The position numbers and the translations under genes are program-made. This document shows, piece after piece, positions 20,455 to 29,954 of a DNA stretch of 64,000 nt. Where the stretch lies: positions 992,001 through 1,056,000 of the forward strand of contig CAXXTH010000017.1 of assembly GCA_963668025.2 (NCBI GenBank), in the 5' to 3' direction. Position 1 is the stretch's first letter. Every line of letters begins with the position of its first letter. The notes beneath the pieces are model-generated. The model had not been told where the DNA came from. It ran no database searches and saw only the letters and a program-made list of their open reading frames with translations. This DNA is from Candidatus Hydrogenedentota bacterium. GTDB lineage: Bacteria > Hydrogenedentota > Hydrogenedentia > Hydrogenedentales > SLHB01.

Positions 20455-20479
20455 GGGGGCGGCTGTCTGCGCCGCCCCC
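20455..20479. terminator. GC-rich hairpin between convergent genes
   Basis: GGGGGCGGC / GCCGCCCCC stem. Confidence 0.6.
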
Positions 20480-20491
20480 GAGTAATTCCAT

Positions 20492-20836
20492 CTATTCGTC
20501 GCGCGCGGCGGGAGCAGGATTTAAAAATGCCCGCTTGTTTTCCACCTCTTTAAATTCCTCGGAAGTGGGCATGGGCTCTTGTGTCTGGGTAATGACCGGC
20601 CACATAGCCGCGTGCTGGGCGTTCAATTCGAGGAACTCCAGCCATTTCTCCGGCAAGTCTTCTTCGGGATAAATAGCGCTGACCGGGCATTCATCAATGC
20701 ATGCGCCGCAGTCGATGCATTCATCGGGATCAATCGCCAGCATATTCGCTCCCTCGTGGAAACAATCCACGGGGCACACCGCCACGCAGTCGGTGAACTT
20801 GCACTTGATGCAGGGCTCCGCCACTACATGCGTCAT
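20492..20836 (-). CDS. fdxA: Dicluster ferredoxin (FdxA-like)
   Basis: [18 protein letters not shown] and [12 protein letters not shown] motifs, plus an FdxA-type C-terminal extension. Confidence 0.9.
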   Translation of the reverse strand: MTHVVAEPCIKCKFTDCVAVCPVDCFHEGANMLAIDPDECIDCGACIDECPVSAIYPEEDLPEKWLEFLELNAQHAAMWPVITQTQEPMPTSEEFKEVENKRAFLNPAPAARDE

Positions 20837-21070
20837 ATCCAATCATCTCCTTATCAAAACGGGGCTGAGTACATCACCGGGAAGAATACCATTATGCGCG
20901 GGTGCGGTTCATATTCCCGCATGCCCGGCCCTTTGGTTATCATGGGAAGGCGGAATAAGTCAAGCGGCTGGCTAGGAATCATTGGGTGCATGGAGCAGCG
21001 TCCGCAACCAAATATCTTTTACTTCACCACGAATGAACGCCAATAGATTTCTCTCCCTGTTTTGACTCTC

Positions 21071-21093
21071 GCGGCATGGGCGTCCCGTCCATG
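21071..21093 (+). repeat. REP family A
   Basis: GCGG CATGGGCG TCC CGTCCATG. Confidence 0.75.
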
Positions 21094-21191
21094 CTGCGGT
21101 GGGAGCATACTCTTGTGCGTCAAGCCATTCGCGGCATTGACTCTTTCGCTTCGCATCTGCAACCATCTCGTTTGTTTTACTCACGGGGCGC

Positions 21192-23855
21192 GTGCGCCCA
21201 TCAGGAAGGAAGGCGCATCTGTATTCACGTTGCAAAATCGGGCGCTGGCTTTGGGCGGCGCTGGCTATATTGGCCGCCGCCGCGCCGCTGTCTATTGCCG
21301 CTGAAACGGGCGGGCTCCATGTGGCGCATCGTTCAGGGCAGACCTTCCTCACGTGGCGTGAATCGGAAGCGGCTTCCTATCGGGTGTATGCCAGCGAGAA
21401 GGCCATCACCCGTGCGCATATCGAACAAGCGCTGCTCTTGGCGGAGCTGCCCCCTGGCTCTGGGCGTGATCCGTATTTGCCTGCGGCGGTGCGCCAGGAT
21501 CCAGCGGCGGCAGGGTTGTATGAACCTTCCATGCAGATTCTGGAAGAGGGGGGCGCGCCGCTCGATGTGGGAACAGGCTTATTCGTGGCGGCCATACAAG
21601 AAGCAGGAAAACGCTATTACGCTGTGGCCCATATAAACTCCGGAGGCGATATTACCCGAGTGGACGCCCTTGACGCGCCGGTGGCGGAAACGCCCGGGAT
21701 GCCCGCCCTGCTTCAGTTGGGGTCGCGGTTCGAGGATGCGCCTGATCCGGCGTTCCGGCGCTACCGCACCGAATTCGTTCATTGGAGCACGCCCGCGATG
21801 TGCCACCGGCCCAGCGTGCCGTTTCACTTGGCGGTCTTGACGAAGGAGCCGCTTGATTCCGCGCGTGCGTATACGCTCGTATTCTCTTTCTATGGTTTCG
21901 GCGGCGGATATGAGAATTTGGGATATCCGATTCCGAATGAAGATGAGATGGTGGTGCTCCCTTCTTGCTATTATCCTTTTTTGCGCGAGGTGAACGGCGG
22001 CGACTCGTGGTGGAGGGGGTATGTGCCCGCGCTGGCGGACCCGGATTCGGATGATTTGGCGTGGCATGATTTTGATGGAGAACGGCTAAACTATTATTAT
22101 GAAGAGTTGTCTAAGCGGTTTCATGGCGTTCCGGAAGCCGCATGGGCATGGGGCGCGGGCGCGGGTGCTGCCGGGGCGATTCATTTCGCCATGAATACTC
22201 CCGCCCGTTTTCGTTATGTGGCCGCCCAAACGCCCGTGCTGGATCCCGCCACGAGCGCCGATTGGGTATACCGGCAACTTGCCCCCTTGTATGGCGCGCC
22301 TTCCGCTTTGCCCGATGTATACAGCCATGTGTCGCTGATGGAGCGCATTCAACAGCCGAATGCGGATACGCCACCGCTGTTGCTGCAATTCGGGGTGTTC
22401 GATTCGATCACGGACCGAAGTGTTGTTGGGCGTTTTCTCGGTGTTTTGGACCAGCGCCGGCTGCCGGGCATGGGGGTGATGGGACTGTGCGGCGAGGTGT
22501 TCGATAGCGCCACTGCGCCCCGCCTGCCCTATTTCCCGAGTGAGTTCCGCCCAACAGTGGTCTTGAGCCATTTGCGCATCGAATCATGGGAAGGCGTGTC
22601 GTCTTCAACGCCCATCGAGGTGAACCAGGCCCGTGGATTCCGCACCCGCTACCAGGGGTATGTTTTAACGGATGAGCCAGAACGCTGTACAGTAGTGATT
22701 TATCCGTTGGGCGGTGACATGACCATTTTTCAGCCCGAGGACATTGCAACCCGCGTGAAGGTCTCGGCGGATCAAGATCCGGATGGGCGGTTTGACATCC
22801 CGTTCCTTCCGAATGCCAGCGAACGCCCCGTGCTGGCGAATGGCGAAGCGTATCCCGCCTATTGGTCGGCGCCGCTGCCCGCGTGGATGGAAGTGGACCT
22901 GGGAGCGCCCCGCCGGGTGTGCCGGATCGAATTAGCGCCTCCGCCGGGATATCCGCCACTGGATTGGGCGGCCTTTCAAGCGATTGACGCGGAGGGGAAT
23001 CTCATGCTGATGGAGTCCCGCCGGGACGCCGTTTCGACCTTTCCTGGGAGCTGGATCCACGTCTACCGCCTCAAGCCCGCCGTCACTTCCCGGGTCCGCA
23101 TTTCGTTCAACTCGCCAAGCGACCGCGCGCTGCGCGTGGGCCGCATCCAGGTCTTCGGCACGCCCCCGGAAGAGGAGGCCATCGCAGATGTCACGCTGCG
23201 CGGATTGGCTACGTTTCCCATGACGGGAGCGGTTTCATATGAATGCCGCGACACGGCCCGGCCAGAGCGTGTGTATACCGTGGCCCCGTGGGAACATGGT
23301 GCGCTCAGCATCGAGAATGTGCGTATCGAGGGCGAAACGATTCTGGAATTACATGCCAAACAGGCTCCGGTGGACGCGGAAGCGTCCGCACCGCCATCCG
23401 CCAAACCGGGCTGCCTGCAAAATGGCGGCTTCGAGATTTGGGAGGATGGCCTTCCCAAGGGATGGAATGGAGCGGCGGCAAACCAGCCATATGTGCGCCG
23501 CATGCGCGGGCAAGCGCCGGAAGGGGAGTCTTGCCTGTTGTTGTATGGCCAGTATTACTTCATGAATCTATCGCAAACCTTGGATGGATATGGGCCGCTT
23601 GCAGGCAAGCAAGTTACCGTATCGGTGCGCATCCAATCTTTCGAAAAGGACTCGGCTTCGGTTTCCGTACATCAAGAGGATCTGGGAGACCTGTATTCGG
23701 AGCCTCATCCTGGCGATGGGTTATGGCATGAACTGCGTGTTTCGTTCCGTGTGCCCGAATTCAGCGTGCATGATTCATTCATCGTTTCCATTGGCAACGG
23801 CAATCTGCCCAGGCAGCCTTGCTATTTCGACGATGTGCAGGTTCATGTGGAATAG
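21192..23855 (+). CDS. Secreted multidomain protein: alpha/beta-hydrolase-like region, discoidin-like and CBM-like domains
   Basis: Signal peptide, WMEVDLGAPRRV (F5/8 type C-like), LQNGGFE...YFDDV (CBM4/9-like). Start uncertain. Confidence 0.55.
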   Translation: MRPSGRKAHLYSRCKIGRWLWAALAILAAAAPLSIAAETGGLHVAHRSGQTFLTWRESEAASYRVYASEKAITRAHIEQALLLAELPPGSGRDPYLPAAVRQDPAAAGLYEPSMQILEEGGAPLDVGTGLFVAAIQEAGKRYYAVAHINSGGDITRVDALDAPVAETPGMPALLQLGSRFEDAPDPAFRRYRTEFVHWSTPAMCHRPSVPFHLAVLTKEPLDSARAYTLVFSFYGFGGGYENLGYPIPNEDEMVVLPSCYYPFLREVNGGDSWWRGYVPALADPDSDDLAWHDFDGERLNYYYEELSKRFHGVPEAAWAWGAGAGAAGAIHFAMNTPARFRYVAAQTPVLDPATSADWVYRQLAPLYGAPSALPDVYSHVSLMERIQQPNADTPPLLLQFGVFDSITDRSVVGRFLGVLDQRRLPGMGVMGLCGEVFDSATAPRLPYFPSEFRPTVVLSHLRIESWEGVSSSTPIEVNQARGFRTRYQGYVLTDEPERCTVVIYPLGGDMTIFQPEDIATRVKVSADQDPDGRFDIPFLPNASERPVLANGEAYPAYWSAPLPAWMEVDLGAPRRVCRIELAPPPGYPPLDWAAFQAIDAEGNLMLMESRRDAVSTFPGSWIHVYRLKPAVTSRVRISFNSPSDRALRVGRIQVFGTPPEEEAIADVTLRGLATFPMTGAVSYECRDTARPERVYTVAPWEHGALSIENVRIEGETILELHAKQAPVDAEASAPPSAKPGCLQNGGFEIWEDGLPKGWNGAAANQPYVRRMRGQAPEGESCLLLYGQYYFMNLSQTLDGYGPLAGKQVTVSVRIQSFEKDSASVSVHQEDLGDLYSEPHPGDGLWHELRVSFRVPEFSVHDSFIVSIGNGNLPRQPCYFDDVQVHVE

Positions 23856-23900
23856 AACGCCGCACCGGGCTCAAATCGCCGGACAAGATGGTCATTTTCG

Positions 23901-24029
23901 ACGCAGAGGCGCTGAGAACGTAGAGATCCGTAAAGTAGAAAAAATGACTCTCGAACAATTTATTCGCACATTCGAGAATAGAGAAGAGTGGATTCTCTGC
24001 GATGCTTTGCGTTCTTCGCGCGCTGCGTT
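23901..24029. repeat. Degenerate inverted pair of CGCAGAG tandem units
   Basis: ACGCAGAGGCGCTGAGAACGTAGAG ... CTTTGCGTTCTTCGCGCGCTGCGT. Confidence 0.6.
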
Positions 24030-24241
24030 AAAAATGACTCCGTTTCACCAAGAAGGTGAGCCTGGGCATTCCATGCTACACAATTATGAGGATGGCTCTT
24101 TTGAGCCAATGCGCCTGTTTGCCAGAAAAAGATGGGCTTTGCCCGGCGATTAGGGAGCGGGCGGCCTGTTTTGCGTGGATCTGTTTCACCTGATACCATG
24201 GACTCGCGCCGTAAAGAATCGCACTAGAGAGGTTTATTCGC

Positions 24242-24859
24242 ATGCCGCTGGTTTCATTACAAAGCGAGGCCTTGTTCGCCAATGAATTCAGCGCCATGAT
24301 TGCGCTGGCGGTTGGATTGGCGTATTGCCTGTTTGGATATCCCGTGCTCAGACTCATGGTTGGTCTTACAGGCTTCGTGGCCGCGGGGGCCGTGGCGGGC
24401 GCGCTCGCCAACATCTTCTCGGATGGCCAAGCCATGGTGGTGGGCGGGGCTGCCCTTGTAGGGGGAATATGCGGCGCATTCGCCTTATTCTTTCTGTACC
24501 GGCTTGGCATTTTCATCATCGGAGTCGCCGGGGCGTTTTTATTGGCGAGAGCCATTCTAGAGGGCGGGGCCGCGCCATGGACGCCTTGGGCTATCTTGGG
24601 TTCGAGTGTGTTGGGCGGCGTGGTGGCGCTACTGCTCGAACGGCCCATTCTCATCTTCGCCACGGCGGTCATTGGCGCTTGGGCAAGCGTGCATGCGGGT
24701 TTATTTCTCTGGACGCATGAGGCTAATCCGGCCTATGCCAGCATCGGCGGCATGGGTTTCCCCGCCGAATGGATTCGCTTGGGGGGATGGGCGCTTTTTT
24801 CTCTGTTAGGCCTGATCGTCCAGTTCCACCTATCGAGCAAACACCACGAGCGGCGATAA
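24242..24859 (+). CDS. Multi-TM membrane protein (DUF4203-like)
   Basis: GLAYCLFGY N-terminal motif, ATAVIGA, C-terminal GLIVQF, Gly/Ala-rich helices. Confidence 0.75.
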   Translation: MPLVSLQSEALFANEFSAMIALAVGLAYCLFGYPVLRLMVGLTGFVAAGAVAGALANIFSDGQAMVVGGAALVGGICGAFALFFLYRLGIFIIGVAGAFLLARAILEGGAAPWTPWAILGSSVLGGVVALLLERPILIFATAVIGAWASVHAGLFLWTHEANPAYASIGGMGFPAEWIRLGGWALFSLLGLIVQFHLSSKHHERR

Positions 24860-24861
24860 GT

Positions 24862-26061
24862 TCAAGAGGTGATCTTCAAAAGCTTGTCTAGGGTGTCTTC
24901 CACGGCTATTCGCTCCACGCACGGGGCGGGCCTGCGGCTGAACTGCCGGTAGCGGCAGAGCCAGTTACATTGAAAACAGGGCATTTCATGCGTGAGTGTC
25001 CAGTTGCGCATGGGGCCTTCCGCGTTGGGATACGGATAGAAGCGCCCGTATTGGCCTCCGCCCATGAGCACGAGCGTATGCAGGCCTACGGCGGAAGCGA
25101 TATGGGCCGCCGCCGTGTCGCTGCTCAAGGAAGCCCGCGCCCGCGCCAGCACGCAAACGGCTTCTGGCAGGCTGGTGTGGCCCGCTAAAGTGATGATGCG
25201 GGGATCAGAGCTGAGGGGAGCCATCGCGGGACGCTCGTGCGCGGTTCCCATAAGAAGCACGCGCCAGTTGGGCCGGTTTTCGAGAAAGGCGTGCAACAGC
25301 CCGGCATATTTGGGAATAGGCCAATTCTTGAGCGCCGTGCTGGTGAATGGCGAGACGGCGATGAACGGGGCGTCCTGTTTCATCTCGACTCCGCATCGGG
25401 CCATCACGCATGCGAACGTATCTTCAGCCAATGCTTGCGGCAGCGTCCACTGGGGGGTGCGTGCGCGGCCAATCTCTTTATCCGGTGCAAGCCCAGCCAC
25501 TAAGCGCGCATATCGAGTGTATTCTGGTTCATCCAATAAAATGGGAATCAACTGGTTGTAGAACGATTGATGGCGCGTATTCGCACGGGCCGTTTGATTC
25601 GCGTGGTCGCCTTCCGAGGCGATAGTATAGCCCGGAGCCAGCGCCAGCAGCCGGTCCATCGCACTGGTGCGCGAGGAACTAAAATACACCAGGGTTTGAT
25701 ACTGGGCCATGAGCGCCGCCGCATGCTGGAATTCCGGCCATTGCGTGAGCTGTTCCTGCGCCAGCGGGATGAAGGCGTCGAATAGGCCCACTTTCCCCTC
25801 GATAATCGGATTTTCGTTCAGCCATTGGGCCAGTTCCGCCCAGGAAGGATGTCCAATCAGATGAATCTCCGCATGGGGAAAACATTGCCGGAAATCGTGC
25901 AGATAAGAGGAAGCGAGGACGAAATCGCCGATGAGGTCCGGCTTGATGAGCGCCATAGTTCCTGGACGTATGCTTGATGCGGCCATTTGGGAACGCATGC
26001 GCCGCGCGTTCCGATACGTCTGGCCCTCGCGCATGCATATGCGCAACGCTTTTAGAATCAC
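24862..26061 (-). CDS. GT9 glycosyltransferase (heptosyltransferase family)
   Basis: DLIGDFV, KNWP, LAGHTSL and SSDTAAAHIASA motifs, plus C-terminal CFQC cluster. Confidence 0.9.
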   Translation of the reverse strand: MILKALRICMREGQTYRNARRMRSQMAASSIRPGTMALIKPDLIGDFVLASSYLHDFRQCFPHAEIHLIGHPSWAELAQWLNENPIIEGKVGLFDAFIPLAQEQLTQWPEFQHAAALMAQYQTLVYFSSSRTSAMDRLLALAPGYTIASEGDHANQTARANTRHQSFYNQLIPILLDEPEYTRYARLVAGLAPDKEIGRARTPQWTLPQALAEDTFACVMARCGVEMKQDAPFIAVSPFTSTALKNWPIPKYAGLLHAFLENRPNWRVLLMGTAHERPAMAPLSSDPRIITLAGHTSLPEAVCVLARARASLSSDTAAAHIASAVGLHTLVLMGGGQYGRFYPYPNAEGPMRNWTLTHEMPCFQCNWLCRYRQFSRRPAPCVERIAVEDTLDKLLKITS

Positions 26062-26085
26062 GGAGGCCTCCGATGGTTTAGGTAT

Positions 26086-27126
26086 TCAGGCCCCGGCCCT
26101 GATGGCGTCGGAAACGACTTTGACGATGCCTTCCGCCCGCTCGATGGTGGGCACATAGGCGGTCGCGCCCGCTTGTTTGGCTTGGGTGGCGATGGCGCGA
26201 ACATCCCCGCCATCTTTGCCATAGACGAATTTGAGCATTTTTGCTAAGCGCGGCGAGGCGGACAGAATCCGGCACACATCCACGCCGGTGCATGCGCCTA
26301 ATTCATACGACATGAGAATCGCTACTGGCAAGGAATAGCCTAGCCGCGCCATGGCGGAAACGGGGTTGTCGGTGGTGGCCACGTCGATGTCATGCTGCCG
26401 GAACAGCTCGCGCAGGGAAGCGACGCTATCGGGGTTGGGCTCGATCATCAGCACCCATGGCCGGCGGTGTGTGCACACGCTAGGGCCTGCCTGGGCGATT
26501 CCAAGGAAGAATTCAATTCCGGAACGCTGGATTTCCGTCAGAGCTCCAAATGCCAGGCCCAGGATATGCCCATCTGGGGCCGGAGATACGGAACACACTT
26601 TCACGGGCGCTTCTTCAAGCGTGCTCTCGGCGGGGAGTTCGATGCACAGTTTGAAGGAGAGGCCCTTCCCGACGGCTGCTTGGACGAGTACTTTACATCC
26701 GCCCAAGCTCATATCGATGGTTTCACCGGATATGGCTCCGCCGCCTTCGTTGATGAGCAGGCATGGGGCATGCAATTCGACACGTTCGTTGCGCCGGATG
26801 GGCACGGTTTGAAATGTCTTTGGCCAGGTAAAACGGAAAAACGAGTAGTAAGCGCCCGTGCCCATATCGAGGATGCTGGAGGTGAAGGCGCATGCCTGGC
26901 CATGCGCCATAAAACGGACGACGCATACCTGGTTCTGCTGCAAGTCCGACGCATACTGCCGTTCGGAGGGGGCCTGCATAAACAGGTATTCGCCGGTATG
27001 CCATCCCCGGAGCATGGAAGAAAACCGGCGCCTGCTCACCATGCTAGGTTCCGCATCGACAATAAAGGTAAGCCCGACGGAGAGCAATGACTCCAGCGCC
27101 GGATTTTCTATTTCCCTGTCGGCCAT
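26086..27126 (-). CDS. YcgR/PilZ c-di-GMP receptor fused to degenerate receiver domain
   Basis: RRNER (RxxxR) and DMSLGG (DxSxxG) motifs with a C-terminal REC-like fold. Start uncertain, since the longer ORF runs into a REP. Confidence 0.8.
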   Translation of the reverse strand: MADREIENPALESLLSVGLTFIVDAEPSMVSRRRFSSMLRGWHTGEYLFMQAPSERQYASDLQQNQVCVVRFMAHGQACAFTSSILDMGTGAYYSFFRFTWPKTFQTVPIRRNERVELHAPCLLINEGGGAISGETIDMSLGGCKVLVQAAVGKGLSFKLCIELPAESTLEEAPVKVCSVSPAPDGHILGLAFGALTEIQRSGIEFFLGIAQAGPSVCTHRRPWVLMIEPNPDSVASLRELFRQHDIDVATTDNPVSAMARLGYSLPVAILMSYELGACTGVDVCRILSASPRLAKMLKFVYGKDGGDVRAIATQAKQAGATAYVPTIERAEGIVKVVSDAIRAGA

Positions 27127-27225
27127 GCGCATCCGCCCCGTGTGTGTAAGTTCCGCGATATAAGCACCCCGATGCAATTGTATGCCAAGGGGGTGCGCAA
27201 GGCAAGTGCAGTATGATGGACGAAC

Positions 27226-27248
27226 ATGGTATGGGCGTCTCGCCCATG
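27226..27248 (+). repeat. REP family A
   Basis: ATGG TATGGGCG TCT CGCCCATG. Confidence 0.75.
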
Positions 27249-27790
27249 AATCGATGGCCCATGATACTCGCTTCATGAGTGGGACATCCATCCCTAGAAT
27301 ATGGCCTCTTCAACTCGTTTTCAGCCAAAGTACACATATAGACTTATATTTTTTGCGGTTTTCTATTGTAAAAGACAAGATGCGTCGGACAATAACGATT
27401 AATGCAGCTTTGCGCCAATGCCTGCCGGAATGGAAGTTACAGAGTTATGGCTCATGGATGCTTATTGCAAAAAAGGCGGATAATTACCGCATTAATGGAG
27501 CTCAACTAAAACACAAATCGGTTTGACTGATTTCACCTCACAAAAGGCACACGAAGAGACAAGAAATCTGGAACCGAGGCAACTATGCCGCCACAGGTAA
27601 ATCGGTGACTTAATCTCGGCCTCCATTTGTCCCACTTTCGCTGATGATATACAATCGTCCTATCGCTGTCGGGCTGACATGAAAAGTGGGTATTCATTGG
27701 CCGGCGTTGGTTTCTACTATGCTATGAAAGATACGACGGTGTAAGTGCATCTGGCCAAGCGCGGTTAGCGAAAAGGAGTAAAGGCTTGCT

Positions 27791-29737
27791 ATGAATCAAC
27801 AACCGGTAATGGCGGCAGCGAGACGCTCTTGTTCACTTTCGAGAACACTGATTCAGATTCTACTTTCATTTGCCGTTGCTTCAGGCGTTCTCGTCGGCGC
27901 TGTTCCGGGCCAAGGCTCCGCCGCCGCAGAAAGTCTCCTGGAATTAGGCAAACTGCGCAAGGGGATTACCCTAGATCGAATGTTCCATACCGTCCCACCT
28001 GAGGAGATCATGAAGATCAGAGCTTGTGACATCCGATTGCTCCATTGCATGGGATTTGACTATGTGAAACTGCTTGTGAATCCGATTCTTTTCATAGAGG
28101 ATTCTGGCGTGAATTCCTCGAACATGTGGTATATCGACGAGATTGTCAATACGGTCGTAGACGAAGGTTTGGCGGTGGTGGTGTGCATTCACCCGATGCC
28201 TGATTTCAAGTATACCTATCTTGGCAATCCTTCAGACTTTCAAAGTCTGCTCGGGTTCTATGAGGCGTTTGCAGGCTACCTGGCTGCGAGATGGGGAGCG
28301 GATGAACTTGCGTTCCAATTGATGACCGAGCCATTCGGGAACTACACCAGTTGGAATGAATTGCAGCCTCAGATGTGGGCTGCCGTCCGCCGTGGGATGC
28401 CGGACCATACGTTGGTGTTGAGCGGGGATGACGTGGGAAAAATCTCCGCCCTGGTCAATGTCAAACCCGTAGACGACGATAATGTCGTATACGGATTCTC
28501 GAGGTACGAACCCTTTCTGGTCAATTTGCAGGGCGCCGCTTGGGGGGACGGGTGGTGGCCGTACCTGGGTGATGTTCCCTATCCTTCCAGCCCAGAAATC
28601 ATTGCGGCCGCGATGGATGACATCTTGGATAGCGTGCCAACCCAGTGGCGCGATTCCGTTCGAGCCGAAGCGATAGCCTATGGGAATGAGCGTTGGTCCA
28701 AGGAGGCGCAGATAGCGCAATTTCAGAGCGTTGTGGACTGGTGCAATGCCTACGGCGTCCAGGCGTGGTGTGGGGAATTTGGGAATCTCGATCCTATCCA
28801 AGGCGGATCGAAAGGCGGCGGGATCAATGCGGAAGACCGCTATGCCTATATACGGGATATCCGGGAAGTCTTCGAAGAGAGCAATATAGGGTGGACCTAT
28901 TGGTCGTACAATGAAACCTTCACCGTCTTGAACCCCGAGACAAGAACGCCCTTCGGCTATCCCAATTACGAGAATGTCGACGCGCAGATGCTGGCTGCGC
29001 TTGGTCTTCCAGCATTCGGTGATTGTGAGCCTCTGGAATGTGAAGGTGAGGGCGAGTGCATGACGCTGCTTAATGATCCTGACTGCACGATCGACGACCA
29101 GTACACGTGCTGCGGTCTTCCCGAGTCCGACGTGACAGCCGGGCTGGAGAATGTGGCGTTTGCCAGCCGCGGCGGGGTGGCGTGGGCTTCCTCCGAGCAC
29201 GAGTACGATTACCACAAGGTGTACGCGTTGAACGATGGCACTCCCACGGATTTTGGGGACGTCTTCATCACCGGCGGCGACACGTGGTCCGACGATGAGT
29301 TCATCGGCATCACATTCGCGGCAGCCACAGACATCAACATGCTTGCGATCCACAGCCAGCCGCAATTTGGCCGGCCACATCCCCCGTTTACGACCCAATA
29401 CACGACCGTTCCCAATCCGGACGAGACGACCCCCGACGGGGATTGGATAACGATCTGCGGCCCTGAATCCATACGCGCCGGCATATCGTGTCCAGCGGAG
29501 GACTGTGGAACATATTGCTCCGAGTGGCGTCACGTATACGGATTCGATTCGGTCAATGCCACCGGCATCCGCCTCTTGCTTCCGGACTCAGGCCCTGCGT
29601 CCTATGCCGAGTTGGAGGTATATGCCACCCCATCTATCGGCCCAGGCGTCCCTGTAGCAGGGATAGTAGGTTTGGGTCTGATCTCGAGCGTCTTATGTCT
29701 CAGCGGAGGTATGTTGTTCGTGCGGAAACGGAGATAG
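27791..29737 (+). CDS. GH5-like glycoside hydrolase with accessory domain and C-terminal anchor
   Basis: Signal peptide, MGFDYVKL, FQLMTEP (acid/base), WCGEFG (nucleophile), IGWTYW. EGEGE linker. PVAG-hydrophobic-RKRR tail. Confidence 0.8.
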   Translation: MNQQPVMAAARRSCSLSRTLIQILLSFAVASGVLVGAVPGQGSAAAESLLELGKLRKGITLDRMFHTVPPEEIMKIRACDIRLLHCMGFDYVKLLVNPILFIEDSGVNSSNMWYIDEIVNTVVDEGLAVVVCIHPMPDFKYTYLGNPSDFQSLLGFYEAFAGYLAARWGADELAFQLMTEPFGNYTSWNELQPQMWAAVRRGMPDHTLVLSGDDVGKISALVNVKPVDDDNVVYGFSRYEPFLVNLQGAAWGDGWWPYLGDVPYPSSPEIIAAAMDDILDSVPTQWRDSVRAEAIAYGNERWSKEAQIAQFQSVVDWCNAYGVQAWCGEFGNLDPIQGGSKGGGINAEDRYAYIRDIREVFEESNIGWTYWSYNETFTVLNPETRTPFGYPNYENVDAQMLAALGLPAFGDCEPLECEGEGECMTLLNDPDCTIDDQYTCCGLPESDVTAGLENVAFASRGGVAWASSEHEYDYHKVYALNDGTPTDFGDVFITGGDTWSDDEFIGITFAAATDINMLAIHSQPQFGRPHPPFTTQYTTVPNPDETTPDGDWITICGPESIRAGISCPAEDCGTYCSEWRHVYGFDSVNATGIRLLLPDSGPASYAELEVYATPSIGPGVPVAGIVGLGLISSVLCLSGGMLFVRKRR

Positions 29738-29805
29738 GATTCCAGAGATTTGACAGCCTTGTTTATTGCCTTGCGCCGGTATTGATACATCATTTTGCAT
29801 CTGAA

Positions 29806-29874
29806 GACCGACGAGGGCGTCGGTCCCACACCTTGTAATGTAATCAAATTGTGGGACCGGCGCCCTCGCCGGTC
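29806..29874. repeat. Inverted REP doublet (GTGG family B)
   Basis: GACCGACGAGGGCGTCGGTCCCACA / TGTGGGACCGGCGCCCTCGCCGGTC. Each arm is itself a hairpin. Confidence 0.85.
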
Positions 29875-29954
29875 ATTCTTTACCATTTGGCTAAAGTGTT
29901 ACTTTTTCTTTAATAGGAGATGCTGTCGTTATGATTACTTAATTGGAGCGGCAT

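Noticed and set aside
27127-27291. N-terminal ORF extensions of the PilZ gene (likewise 34028-34150 and 38464-38595)
   Set aside because: They translate through REP palindromes (WARRP, HGRDAHAT, MGVPPM) and are probably non-coding.
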